A stretch of 59,686 nt of DNA. Source: Patescibacteria group bacterium (GTDB lineage Bacteria > Patescibacteriota > WWE3 > JAUXAW01 > JAYEID01). Position numbers and translations under genes: made by a program. Shown piece after piece: positions 16,406-25,863 of this stretch. The stretch covers positions 1-59,686 of the forward strand of contig JAYEID010000012.1 of NCBI GenBank assembly GCA_034659915.1, in the 5' to 3' direction. Each line of letters begins with the position of its first letter. The stretch's first letter is position 1. The notes under the pieces are model-generated. The model saw only the letters and a list, made by a program, of their open reading frames with translations, did not search any database and was not told the DNA's origin.

Positions 16406-16912
16406 ATGGGCGCGTTACTAAGCCTGAGTTTGGTACTTTCCGGAACAGCCTCACAATACGCACCGGGAGTAATGGAAGCAACAATCCAGACTCGGCAAAG
16501 CGGAAGAACAGCCTATAATCTACCCAAGAATCTGCCGCCAGTAGATGGCTTTGCAGCTCTAGCTGAGGAGTACTACATAGGGAAAATTGTTTTCTTTCGC
16601 TCCCAGGGAGCAGGCGAGTGGGAAGCGTTCCTTGTAGTAGACTACGCAGGAAAGAGCGATTGGCAAAGCGCAACGGATCACCGCTCTGGTTACCAATGGA
16701 TAAAGACCAGCAGTATTGTTGCAGAAGTAGATGCTGCTACCGGAAGAAGGTGGGGCAAATCCTGGGGAGGTATTCCGGTACAAATGATTATCCCTCCTAA
16801 AGGATCCCTCATATTCCCCTCAAGGCTAGGTAACAGATTGCCTAAACATATGCTAGATAGCTACTCCGAAGCACAACTAGCTGGGTTCACAATCCTCCTG
16901 CCCGAAAAATAA
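16406..16912 (+). CDS. secreted RlpA/expansin-like (double-psi beta-barrel) protein, tentative
   Basis: ATG at 16406 after AAGGAG. Short signal-like N-terminus, then GTASQYAPGVME...AFLVVDYAG...AEVDAATGRRWG, which resembles DPBB lytic-transglycosylase-like folds. The ORF track starts at the GTG at 16301. Confidence 0.5.
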   Translation: MGALLSLSLVLSGTASQYAPGVMEATIQTRQSGRTAYNLPKNLPPVDGFAALAEEYYIGKIVFFRSQGAGEWEAFLVVDYAGKSDWQSATDHRSGYQWIKTSSIVAEVDAATGRRWGKSWGGIPVQMIIPPKGSLIFPSRLGNRLPKHMLDSYSEAQLAGFTILLPEK

Positions 16913-16925
16913 GCCGCAGCCTCTG

Positions 16926-16971
16926 GGTGCTCTTTCAACGTGCGTCCCGCACAAAGAAGAGCACCTTCTTT
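16926..16971 (+). terminator. hairpin GGTGCTCTT...AAGAGCACC plus TTCTTT
   Basis: 9-bp stem with the inner hairpin GTGCG-TCC-CGCAC, just after the 16912 stop. Confidence 0.55.
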
Positions 16972-16987
16972 AGACCTCCGAGGTCTA
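16971..16987. repeat. AGACCT-stem palindrome (TAGACCTCCGAGGTCTA)
   Basis: Perfect palindrome between convergent genes. Family member of 9266, 17061 and 59419. Confidence 0.5.
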
Positions 16988-17060
16988 TAGACGCTGTCTC
17001 CACGGGCTTAAAGGCGTGGTTCTAATTTAGCCCTTTTCAAACCCATCATTACAAGGTTTT

Positions 17061-17078
17061 TATACCTCGGAGGTCTAG
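17061..17078. repeat. AGACCT-stem palindrome variant (TATACCTCGGAGGTCTAG)
   Basis: ACCTC-G-GAGGT core, 7 nt from the rtcB stop. Confidence 0.45.
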
Positions 17079-17084
17079 GAAGGG

Positions 17085-18254
17085 CTAAGCGATAACCACT
17101 GCGAGGGGGGTGAGGGTAATTTCCATCTTTGCCAAACTTTTTTGGTCTTCAACCACACTTTCAATATCTTTGTACGCCCAGGGGGATTCTTCGGGGATAT
17201 CGCTCTTTTTAGCTTTACCTAGAACTACACCGCGCTCTTTAATGTCTTCCATCACTTCCTGAACAGAATACTTCCTTTTGGCTTCTTTACGGCCCATTGT
17301 TCGTCCGGCACCGTGGGCACAAGACTCAAAGCTATCCGGGGTACCCAAGCCTTTGCCAATATAAGAATTGGTACCCAAACTACCCGGAACAATAACCGTT
17401 TCTCCCTCTCGCGCGCGAATTGCACCTTTGCGGTGAACCCAAACCTCCTTACCAAAATGTTCTTCCAAAGCCGCGTAATTATGGTGGGCATTTAACTGCT
17501 CCCCAAACTCAACCGGACCAAAGGTTTCCTCAAAGATTCTCTTAGCTACCTTCAAAATACGACGTCTGTTTTCCCGAGCAAACTTCATTGCTAACTGCAT
17601 AGCCTGAATATACGCCTGTGCATCTCCTGTTTCCAAATCCAAATAAGCTAAATCCCAATCGGGTAAATCCAAACCTCTCTTTTGGCATTGCTTTTGCGCT
17701 TTCTTATGAAAATGTTCAGCAATTGCGTAACCAAAATGGCGGGAACCAGTATGGACCATTAAAGACACCGAACCTTCATCTGTTTTCAAAACATCCACAA
17801 AATGATTACCCCCACCCAATGTACCCAAAGATTTTTTCGCTCGTTTAACCTCATGCTCCAACTCTGGGGGAAGTAAGTTTTTATCTAAAAACCCGGAACC
17901 AGCCTGGACTTTATCGTGAACACGGAAACCCATCGGCACTGCACGCATAACTTGCCCCGTGAAGTGCTGCAGCTTTTCTTCGGCAGCTTCTGCCGCAGGA
18001 AAATCTGTCGAAACGTAAGCCATCCCGCAGCCAATATCTACCCCCACCGCATTAGGGCAAATTGCCGCCTCCAAGGCCAAAACCCCACCGATGGGCATAC
18101 CGTAACCAATGTGGGCATCGGGCATTAGCGCGGTGTGGTGGTAAGCAGGCAAAAGGTTGGACATATTCCTTGCCTGCTGAAGACAATCTTCTTCCAAATT
18201 TTTGGGATCTGTAAAAACGTAAAGAGGAACTCTCTCGGTATCAATTATTTCCAT
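17085..18254 (-). CDS. rtcB: RNA ligase RtcB
   Basis: 389 aa with the RtcB metal/GMP-site motifs PDAHIGYG, GGGNHF, TGSRHFG, HHNYA, CAHGAGR. Confidence 0.9.
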   Translation of the reverse strand: MEIIDTERVPLYVFTDPKNLEEDCLQQARNMSNLLPAYHHTALMPDAHIGYGMPIGGVLALEAAICPNAVGVDIGCGMAYVSTDFPAAEAAEEKLQHFTGQVMRAVPMGFRVHDKVQAGSGFLDKNLLPPELEHEVKRAKKSLGTLGGGNHFVDVLKTDEGSVSLMVHTGSRHFGYAIAEHFHKKAQKQCQKRGLDLPDWDLAYLDLETGDAQAYIQAMQLAMKFARENRRRILKVAKRIFEETFGPVEFGEQLNAHHNYAALEEHFGKEVWVHRKGAIRAREGETVIVPGSLGTNSYIGKGLGTPDSFESCAHGAGRTMGRKEAKRKYSVQEVMEDIKERGVVLGKAKKSDIPEESPWAYKDIESVVEDQKSLAKMEITLTPLAVVIA

Positions 18255-18297
18255 GCCTTTATATTACAACAAGTAACAACCAATACCAAAGTTCTAT

Positions 18298-19086
18298 GTG
18301 CTAAAATATCAAATAATGAGCTTGATAACGGAAAGGGGTTTACGAGAGTTTCTAGAAAAATATACTATTCCTGTTGCTATCAATATTGTCTGGTTAGTCC
18401 CAGCTTTGGGTTTAGCTGCAAGTTATTTTAACCTCCTACCTCATTATGGCTTTCTTTACTCACTATTATTCGCATTTCCCGCTGCTCTTATCCCTTTCAT
18501 AGCTAGGGAAATTCTACAAAAGCGCCAATTACAACAAACCAAAGAGAAAGAATTTAAAGAAAGTGCAAGAGGCGAAAGTTGGAAAGAACCCCACTTTGTG
18601 CGCAATCTAACCAAGAAAGAGAGAAAAATACTGGGTAACCAAGGCAAATTTGCCAAACAGCTGTACCTAAAATCTTTTAAAACAATATTTTTAATCCTAC
18701 TAGGTGTTGTCGCGCTTTCCCTTCTTTTTGGAATAGCCGCTGCAGCAGAATATAGCGCACCACTCCTACCTCAAACTTTAATATATTTTTACATTTTCGG
18801 TACTTTAGCAACTTTTTTTGTAATAAGAGAACATAGCAAAGAAAGAAAAATATACAAAGACTTGCAACTACCAGTAAAAAAGGTCTGCGGTAACCTTATA
18901 AAACAAGAGGATTATTACGACGAAGAAAATTATGATAGAAGACTTATTGTTCGTGGTGTAACCTTTTCCGGAAAATACAATGATATTGATAACTTTTGGA
19001 ACATAGATGAGGAGGATCAGGTAATAATTGAGTACAGTCCAAACACAAAAAAAATCTGGAACCTAAAAACAGTTAACAATAATTAG
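18298..19086 (+). CDS. hypothetical membrane protein (262 aa)
   Basis: Several hydrophobic helices and a charged central loop. No motif recognised. Confidence 0.55.
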   Translation: MLKYQIMSLITERGLREFLEKYTIPVAINIVWLVPALGLAASYFNLLPHYGFLYSLLFAFPAALIPFIAREILQKRQLQQTKEKEFKESARGESWKEPHFVRNLTKKERKILGNQGKFAKQLYLKSFKTIFLILLGVVALSLLFGIAAAAEYSAPLLPQTLIYFYIFGTLATFFVIREHSKERKIYKDLQLPVKKVCGNLIKQEDYYDEENYDRRLIVRGVTFSGKYNDIDNFWNIDEEDQVIIEYSPNTKKIWNLKTVNNN

Positions 19087-19114
19087 CTTTTTTCAAATCT
19101 TACAAAAAGATAGC

Positions 19115-19363
19115 ATGTATTACTTTTATATTCTACGCTGTTCTGATAATTCTCTGTACTCCGGAGTAACAACCAACCCCAAAAGAAGGGTTAAGGAACA
19201 CAATTTTGATAATGTCAAAGCTTCAAAATATACAAGGGCGCGCCGCCCGGTAAAACTAGTTTATACAGAAAAACACAAAAGCAAAGAAAGCGCACTGAAG
19301 CGGGAAGCAGAAGTTAAGAGTTGGAAAAAGAAAGAAAAAGAAAAACTAATCTCTTCTAACTAA
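19115..19363 (+). CDS. GIY-YIG nuclease superfamily protein (UPF0213-like)
   Basis: MYYFYILRCSDNSLYSGVTTNPKRRVKEHN is the GIY-YIG signature. 82 aa. Confidence 0.85.
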   Translation: MYYFYILRCSDNSLYSGVTTNPKRRVKEHNFDNVKASKYTRARRPVKLVYTEKHKSKESALKREAEVKSWKKKEKEKLISSN

Positions 19364-19425
19364 CACATTTTAGAAAAAACCTGTGCTAAGATAGGAAAGG
19401 TAACTAGTAAAGGAGGTGATACTTT

Positions 19426-19926
19426 TTGGCTAAACCATACCAAAACGCAACTACAATTTGCATTATTCTCACAATAATTGCAGTCATTGGAATAATATTA
19501 GGATTTGCAACCGCTAATCCTCTTTTCCCAGTTCTATTACTTTTACCTACTGCCGGCTATGAGCTTTACCGGACAGAAGGGAAAAGTACCAAGTTTGCTT
19601 CCATTGTAATGTTAGCTGTTCTTGTTGCCGAACTAGCATTCATCTTATTTGGTATTAACTTCAATGTTGCTGAATACCTGGGACACTCAGGACAATATAT
19701 TAGCGGTTATTATGTACCTTTCGGTGATATTAAAATTCTTGCTCCATCACTAATGGCGGTAGCTGCTGTAGTTTTAATTAGTAACACAAGGGGAAAATAC
19801 ACAAAATGGCTAGCAGCAATTATTTTTGTTTCAGCTTTTGCTATTGTCCATATTGTTGATCCTACAGCTTTTCAGCAACTGTTAAATGTTGGCGTGAAAG
19901 AAGGAATGCGCAGATTGCGCTTCTAA
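19426..19926 (+). CDS. hypothetical membrane protein (166 aa)
   Basis: TTG start 6 nt after AAGGAGGTGA. Four to five hydrophobic helices. Confidence 0.6.
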   Translation: MAKPYQNATTICIILTIIAVIGIILGFATANPLFPVLLLLPTAGYELYRTEGKSTKFASIVMLAVLVAELAFILFGINFNVAEYLGHSGQYISGYYVPFGDIKILAPSLMAVAAVVLISNTRGKYTKWLAAIIFVSAFAIVHIVDPTAFQQLLNVGVKEGMRRLRF

Positions 19927-19955
19927 GAACACAAATTACCCCAGCCTCCTTAATT

Positions 19956-20462
19956 ATGAAGAGGAAAGTTGTTGTAAATGACAAAATGCAGCAAGGCTAC
20001 ACTTATTACTGCACTGATCCAATAGGGAAAGACTTTCACCCTGAATTTAAACCCGAGTTAACTCCAAAGGAAATGTTGGAGCTTGGTGTTTTTGGCGGCA
20101 AGTACATGACAGATTGCAAAGAAGAGTTCCCAAACAACTGGTTTGAAAATGCTAAATTATCTCCAGAAAAGAAAAATCCAAGCTTAAATTACTTTGGCGT
20201 GGAAGCTTCCATGCCGTTGAAGCACTGGCAAGAAAAGGGCTGGATTTATGAAGAAGATCCCCGCGGCTGGTTCCAATGGTATGCGCGTTATTTCATGGGT
20301 AGGAGAATACCAGAAGAAGACGAGCGGCAAATAAAAAGGTGGAAAGCTTTTCGCAGACATAAAGCTGCAGTGGAAAAGAATTGCAAGAAAGGTAACCTTA
20401 CTTGCAGAAAAAAGCAACGCCAAGCGTTACTCCATTGGGCTTACGATTCAAGAAAGATATAA
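19956..20462 (+). CDS. conserved-looking hypothetical protein (168 aa)
   Basis: Well-formed ORF with a Trp/Arg-rich block DPRGWFQWYARYFMGRRIPEEDERQIKRWKAF. I cannot name the family. Confidence 0.6.
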   Translation: MKRKVVVNDKMQQGYTYYCTDPIGKDFHPEFKPELTPKEMLELGVFGGKYMTDCKEEFPNNWFENAKLSPEKKNPSLNYFGVEASMPLKHWQEKGWIYEEDPRGWFQWYARYFMGRRIPEEDERQIKRWKAFRRHKAAVEKNCKKGNLTCRKKQRQALLHWAYDSRKI

Positions 20463-20780
20463 AAAAGTGCTTGTATGATAAAATAAAAAGCGCGTCAAAT
20501 GCATTCCGGTGGAAAAGCTAGATAAGGAAAGAACTATCCGCTCTCTTCCGTTTTCCTATGTCCGAATCAGAACTATCCTTTGTTAGAAGAAAGGAAAAGA
20601 TGCTTTGAACACAACAATTACTCGGCTCTAGGTTCTGTCTTTTTCTTTTTATAAGCTACTACTAACAGTTTTTCAAAAAAAATCGAAAGTGAAAAAGCCA
20701 AGCAACTGTTGCAAATATTATTACCTCAATCTTACATTAACTTAATTCTACTTTTATCTGTAAGGTGTATATTTACAAGT

Positions 20781-21959
20781 ATGGAAAGCAAAATCCTTAA
20801 AAGAAATGCTGCGCAAAAGGCTGTAATTATAGTGCTAATATCATTTTTTGTTTTGGGAGGAGCTAGTCTATTTATAATTTCTCGAAATAAAGGGCGAGTT
20901 CAACAACTGCTACCATCCACTGCACTCCAAGAAATACAAGAAACAGGACAAAAACCACAGCTAGAAGAATCATCACAAAAAGACACAGAAATTGTAGCTA
21001 AAAATTTAAATATTCCTTGGGAAGTAGTTTTTCTTCCAGGAGGCGACTTGCTAGTAACGGAACGGCCAGGAACCTTACTTAGAATTTCTGAAACTCAAGC
21101 CGAGATTCCCATTCAAGGAGTGGAACACAGAGGAGAGGGAGGACTGTTAGGGCTTGCTCTTCACCCCAATTTCCAAGAAAACAGCTTTATTTACCTTTAC
21201 CTTACAACCCAAGGTGAGGGAGGTTTAGAAAACAGAGTAGAGCAGTACCGTCTAGAAGAAAACCAAGTAGAAAAAACAGCTACTATTATTGACAGCATAC
21301 CCGGCGCAGTTTATCACGATGGGGGAAGGATTAAATTTGGTCCTGACGGTAAGCTTTACATCACTACTGGTGACGCTGGTAATGATAATCTAGCTCAAGA
21401 CGTAAACTCTCTAGCTGGTAAAATACTGCGCCTAAACCCAGATGGGAGCGTACCAGAAGACAACCCCTTCAACAATGCGGTATGGACATACGGGCATCGC
21501 AACCCCCAAGGTCTAACCTGGGACAATCAAGGCAGGCTTTGGGCTACAGAACACGGACCCTCAGGATTACAATCCGGTTTGGACGAACTTAATTTAATTG
21601 AAAGGGGGCAAAATTACGGATGGCCGGAAATACGTGGAGACCAAACTCGAGAAGGAATGGTAACACCAGTTATAGACTCTGGACGGGACACCACCTGGGC
21701 TCCTGCCGGCGCAGTTTATTTGGATGAGAAAATCTTATTCGGAGGGTTGCGCGGATCAGCACTTTACGCAGCAACAGTTTCCAAAGGAAAAATTACACAA
21801 GCGTTATCCTATTTTCAAAACGAGTTTGGTCGTATCCGCGCAGTAACACTTGGACCGGACAATTATCTTTATATAACCACTAGCAACACAGATGGTCGTG
21901 GCAATCCAGCACAAAACGATGACAAGATAATTCGAATCAACCCTCGTGTACTTCGTTAA
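20781..21959 (+). CDS. PQQ-dependent sugar (glucose/sorbosone) dehydrogenase family beta-propeller, membrane-anchored
   Basis: GLLGLALHPNF, HDGGRIKFGPDGKLYITTGD, YGHRNPQGLTWD, NYGWPE. The likely start is the ATG at 20781 (the track begins at the TTG at 20709). Confidence 0.85.
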   Translation: MESKILKRNAAQKAVIIVLISFFVLGGASLFIISRNKGRVQQLLPSTALQEIQETGQKPQLEESSQKDTEIVAKNLNIPWEVVFLPGGDLLVTERPGTLLRISETQAEIPIQGVEHRGEGGLLGLALHPNFQENSFIYLYLTTQGEGGLENRVEQYRLEENQVEKTATIIDSIPGAVYHDGGRIKFGPDGKLYITTGDAGNDNLAQDVNSLAGKILRLNPDGSVPEDNPFNNAVWTYGHRNPQGLTWDNQGRLWATEHGPSGLQSGLDELNLIERGQNYGWPEIRGDQTREGMVTPVIDSGRDTTWAPAGAVYLDEKILFGGLRGSALYAATVSKGKITQALSYFQNEFGRIRAVTLGPDNYLYITTSNTDGRGNPAQNDDKIIRINPRVLR

Positions 21960-22010
21960 AAAACCAAAAAACACTAAGTAGCTATTTTCTTTCTACTGGT
22001 TTATACTTAA

Positions 22011-22418
22011 AGCATAACTGTTTTAAACTTTTTAAAAATTTACATTGCAGCTGGCGTACCATTTTGGATTCTAGATGCGATCTGGCTGGGAATAGTATCC
22101 AAAAATTTTTATCAAAAAGAGCTTGGGTCACTCCTAAGAAAAGATATAAATTGGTCTCCTGCAATTATATTTTACCTACTTTATCCACTGGGCATTACTA
22201 TTTTTGCCCTTGTTCCAGTTAAAGACACAAACTCTCTACAAAAAGCAGCTAGTCTAGGCGCACTGCTGGGTCTTATTGCTTATGCAACCTACGATTTAAG
22301 TAACTTTGCCACACTAAAAGATTGGCCTATTTCTGTAGTTATAACTGACATCTTTTGGGGAATATTTGTAACAGCAACAAGTACTGCTATTGCTTATCTC
22401 CTGCTTAACAAATTTTGA
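22011..22418 (+). CDS. DUF2177-like small membrane protein with no canonical start codon
   Basis: Open frame reads ...KIYIAAGVPFWILDAIWLGIVSKNFYQKELGSLL...YATYDLSNFATLKDWP...LLLNKF. It contains no in-frame ATG, GTG or TTG, which is why it is absent from the ORF track. Confidence 0.55.
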   Translation, partial: SITVLNFLKIYIAAGVPFWILDAIWLGIVSKNFYQKELGSLLRKDINWSPAIIFYLLYPLGITIFALVPVKDTNSLQKAASLGALLGLIAYATYDLSNFATLKDWPISVVITDIFWGIFVTATSTAIAYLLLNKF

Positions 22419-22420
22419 AC

Positions 22421-23212
22421 TTAGTCCTTAGGAGGTAGGGGAACAAAAACACTAGTTTTCTTCTTGTACTCTTCAAATTCTGCATTACCTTCCATCTTCT
22501 TTTCCAAAAGAGGAATTCCCGAAACTTTTAAAATTAAGATTGTAATTGCCAACGGACCAATAATACTTACCAAACCATAGGGATGGGCTAACGCTAATAA
22601 AAACACGCCCCACCACAAAAGAACCTCACCAAAATAATTAGGGTGCCTTGAGTATTTCCACAATCCTGTAGTAAGAAGCTTGCCCTTATTATCCGGGTCC
22701 TTCTTAAATTTATACAGTTGCCAGTCAGCAAGAGACTCGAAAGAAAAGCCTACAACCCAAATTATTAGACCTAATAGATCTGAAATCCAAAAACTGCGTC
22801 CGGAAGTAGAGTGGATTAAGAGTAGGGGAGTAGCAATAACTAAAAGCAAGAATCCCTGCAAAATAAAAACTTGAAAGTAACTATAAACAAGGGCTTTCTC
22901 TCCCCATTGCTCTCGCCACTTTTTATAACGAAAATCCTCATCCCGCCCGCGCCCTCGTAAATATATGTGGGTAGCCAAACGTAGCGCCCACAAAGTAACC
23001 ATGGTTAAACTTAAAATTTCTCGCAAGGTAACCTGACCCTTAGTAAGAAATGCAGTATAAGTAACAACTATAAATCCTAATCCCCACGCAATGTCAGCTA
23101 CTGAGTTATCTTTTCGAAGAGTAGCAACAATAAAAGCAATGTTCAGATGAATGAACAAAATTAGAGCAGGAATCTTAAATATTTCAAGCCAGAACTGAAT
23201 AAAATCCAACAT
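22421..23212 (-). CDS. DUF1295 / steroid 5-alpha-reductase-like membrane protein
   Basis: 263-aa polytopic protein with the C-terminal motif YSRHPNYFGEVLLWWG. Confidence 0.8.
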   Translation of the reverse strand: MLDFIQFWLEIFKIPALILFIHLNIAFIVATLRKDNSVADIAWGLGFIVVTYTAFLTKGQVTLREILSLTMVTLWALRLATHIYLRGRGRDEDFRYKKWREQWGEKALVYSYFQVFILQGFLLLVIATPLLLIHSTSGRSFWISDLLGLIIWVVGFSFESLADWQLYKFKKDPDNKGKLLTTGLWKYSRHPNYFGEVLLWWGVFLLALAHPYGLVSIIGPLAITILILKVSGIPLLEKKMEGNAEFEEYKKKTSVFVPLPPKD

Positions 23213-23267
23213 TATAAAAGAGATAGCATTTAGTTGACTAATCTATTATAATCACAATCAGAACACT

Positions 23268-23735
23268 ATGTCCAATATTATTAAATTTTTTACTTCGCTG
23301 TTAATTACTCTTAGTGCTGGCGGCATTGGTTCTATTTTTACAACGCCAGCTATACCCACCTGGTATGAAACTCTAAAAAAGCCAAAATTTAACCCCCCGG
23401 GATGGGTTTTTGGCCCTGCCTGGACTATTTTATACATACTTATAAGTATTTCCTTTCACCTTATTTGGTCAACGGTGGGTTTTGAAAAAAACAAAAAAGT
23501 TTTAGTGATTTTTGTTATTCAACTAGTTTTGAATGCTTTGTGGTCCATAATATTTTTTGGCTTACAAAACCCAGCCCTTGCCTTCATTGAGATAGTAATT
23601 CTATGGGTAGCGATCCTCCTAACCCTGTTAAACTTTTACAAATTAGATAGGACTGCGGGGCTACTTCTCGTACCTTATCTACTTTGGGTCACCTTTGCTG
23701 CACTCCTAAATTTCTCCATCTGGCAACTAAACTGA
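23268..23735 (+). CDS. tspO: TspO/MBR tryptophan-rich sensory protein
   Basis: 155 aa, five TM helices, W-rich, with WYETLKKPKFNPPGWVFGPAWTILY. Confidence 0.85.
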   Translation: MSNIIKFFTSLLITLSAGGIGSIFTTPAIPTWYETLKKPKFNPPGWVFGPAWTILYILISISFHLIWSTVGFEKNKKVLVIFVIQLVLNALWSIIFFGLQNPALAFIEIVILWVAILLTLLNFYKLDRTAGLLLVPYLLWVTFAALLNFSIWQLN

Positions 23736-23775
23736 AAAACTGTGACAAAACCTCTTTAACTCGTTTCCCTAGTCG

Positions 23776-25239
23776 ATGACTATAAAAAGATACGCAAAGT
23801 CTCTTAAAGACCACAACCTCATCCTAGATACAAACCTCCCTCAAAATCTAGAAATAAGTGGGATCAGTTCCGACTCCAGAAAAATCGAAAAGGGTAATAT
23901 CTTTGTAGCCATAAAGGGTTTAACATTTGACGGGCATCGCTTTATAACAGAAGCAAAACAAAAAGGAGCTGTAACTTTTGTAGTAGAAAAAAAGCTGCCC
24001 CAAGAATACCCCTATATTCAAGTAGCCGATACCAGAAAAGCTTTGGCTTGTCTCTGGTCCACCTATTACAACCATCCGCAAAAGAAGCTTAAAATAATTG
24101 GAGTAACTGGCACAGATGGAAAGACCACCACTACATATCTGATTCAACACTTTTTAAAAGCTGCTAGGTATGAAGCAGGACTGATTTCAACAGTTAAAGC
24201 GTGCTGGAACGACAAAGAAATCCCAACTGGCCAGCATGTTTCCACACCAGAACCCAAAGATTTGTTCAAAATACTTTCTCAAATGGTTAAAGATAACTGC
24301 ACCTACATAGTAGTAGAAACAACCTCACATGGGCTGGATCAAGACCGCGTTTTTGGCATTAACTTTGAAGTAGGCGTACTAACTAACATTACACCTGAAC
24401 ATCTTGATTACCATCACACATTTGAAGAATACAAGAAAACCAAGGCCAAACTTTTCCAAAATTCCCAAATTTCCGTCTTAAATGAAAATGACCCCCAAAT
24501 AAATTATTTTAAAAACAAGGCAAAAGGTGCAATAAAAACATATGACCACAAAAAAGAAAAACTCAACCTAAAATACGACAAGAAAAAATTACCCGGGGAC
24601 TACAACCGAGCTAATATTCTTGCTGCAAAGAAAGCAGCCCGTATCTTTAATGTTTCCGACCGTTCTTTACAAGAAGGACTCAAAAAATTCCAACCCCCAA
24701 AGGGTCGGTTCCAAGAAATAGTTAGCAACCAACCGTTCAAAATTATTATTGATTTTGCCCACACCCCCAACGCTTTAAAAGCATTACTTTCTACTGTTAA
24801 TAAAATCAAAAATAAAAACTCAGGAATAATCTGCGTGTTTGGCTGTGAGGGTGAGCGAGATAAAGGAAAGCGCGTTCCTATGGGCAAAATTTCTGCTCAC
24901 TACGCAAAAATCTCTATCCTCACCGCAGTTGACCCCCGCAACGAGTCCCTAAAATCAATAAACAAAACAATTGCCTTCGGCCTAAAAGTGGGTGGTGCTC
25001 ACAAAATTCACCAAAAAAATATTCATAAATTGGACAACACTAATACAAATAAACACTTTTTTATACAAATTCCGGATCGCGCTCGGGCAATTAAAAAGGC
25101 TTTACAACTCGCGAGAGTAGGGGACTGGGTACTGGTTTTAGGTAAGGGCCACGAAAAAACAATGAATCTTGGCAGCGGGGAGGTACCCTGGAGTGACCAA
25201 CAAGCAATAAAAAATGCTCTCACCACTTTTAGTACGTAA
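23776..25239 (+). CDS. murE: UDP-N-acetylmuramoyl-L-alanyl-D-glutamate--2,6-diaminopimelate (or L-lysine) ligase
   Basis: SSDSRKIEKGNIFVAIKGLTFDGHRFI, GVTGTDGKTTT, DFAHTPNAL. Confidence 0.85.
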   Translation: MTIKRYAKSLKDHNLILDTNLPQNLEISGISSDSRKIEKGNIFVAIKGLTFDGHRFITEAKQKGAVTFVVEKKLPQEYPYIQVADTRKALACLWSTYYNHPQKKLKIIGVTGTDGKTTTTYLIQHFLKAARYEAGLISTVKACWNDKEIPTGQHVSTPEPKDLFKILSQMVKDNCTYIVVETTSHGLDQDRVFGINFEVGVLTNITPEHLDYHHTFEEYKKTKAKLFQNSQISVLNENDPQINYFKNKAKGAIKTYDHKKEKLNLKYDKKKLPGDYNRANILAAKKAARIFNVSDRSLQEGLKKFQPPKGRFQEIVSNQPFKIIIDFAHTPNALKALLSTVNKIKNKNSGIICVFGCEGERDKGKRVPMGKISAHYAKISILTAVDPRNESLKSINKTIAFGLKVGGAHKIHQKNIHKLDNTNTNKHFFIQIPDRARAIKKALQLARVGDWVLVLGKGHEKTMNLGSGEVPWSDQQAIKNALTTFST

Positions 25240-25321
25240 TTAGAGTTGAGAGTTGGGGTTAAATATGCTTAAATTGGCGTAAGCATCCATCTTATCCTCC
25301 TTTCAAAAAAGGAGGTGGCAA

Positions 25322-25693
25322 GTGTCTGAGGAACGGCACATATTCGAGGAGACGGTAAACGAAGAAATTGAAAGGTTGCTGGACGTGCACCTAGCAGAAG
25401 AAGGAATCTACAGGTTAAGGGAAAACCTCAAACTAATCGTCGAGGTTATGTTGAGAATACCACCGGAACCCGTAAGGGAACTAAACACCTTAGCCCGTGC
25501 TTATGTGCAAGGAAACAAAAGTCAAGATGAGCTTATTAATGCTCTCGAGACTTTCCTTGCAAAAATCCCCCCAGAGGCGGTAAGCCTCTTAACCGAACAA
25601 AGGGACGGGACGGGCACTCTGATGAGCAACCTACGCAAAAAGGTAGAGGAAAAACGCCGCTTCGTCAAAACACAGGGGAAAGTATACAGATGA
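25322..25693 (+). CDS. hypothetical helical protein (123 aa)
   Basis: GTG start 6 nt after AAGGAGGTGG. GC-richer than the surroundings. No motif. Confidence 0.5.
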   Translation: MSEERHIFEETVNEEIERLLDVHLAEEGIYRLRENLKLIVEVMLRIPPEPVRELNTLARAYVQGNKSQDELINALETFLAKIPPEAVSLLTEQRDGTGTLMSNLRKKVEEKRRFVKTQGKVYR

Positions 25694-25755
25694 AAAGTGC
25701 AAAAAGGAAATGCGTGAGCTCCACAAACAGGAGGAAAAGATGGCTAGCCCCAAAC

Positions 25756-25807
25756 GTGAAGCGCGCCGTCCCAATGCGGTCCCAACAAAGGCGCTTCACA
25801 TTTTTTT
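25756..25807 (+). terminator. hairpin GTGAAGCGC...GCGCTTCAC plus T7
   Basis: 9-bp stem with a large loop, followed by ATTTTTTT. Confidence 0.55.
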
Positions 25808-25863
25808 AATTGGTAACGCTTTTCCACCATTCAAAATAATACCCCGTTTGCTATACTTAACCT

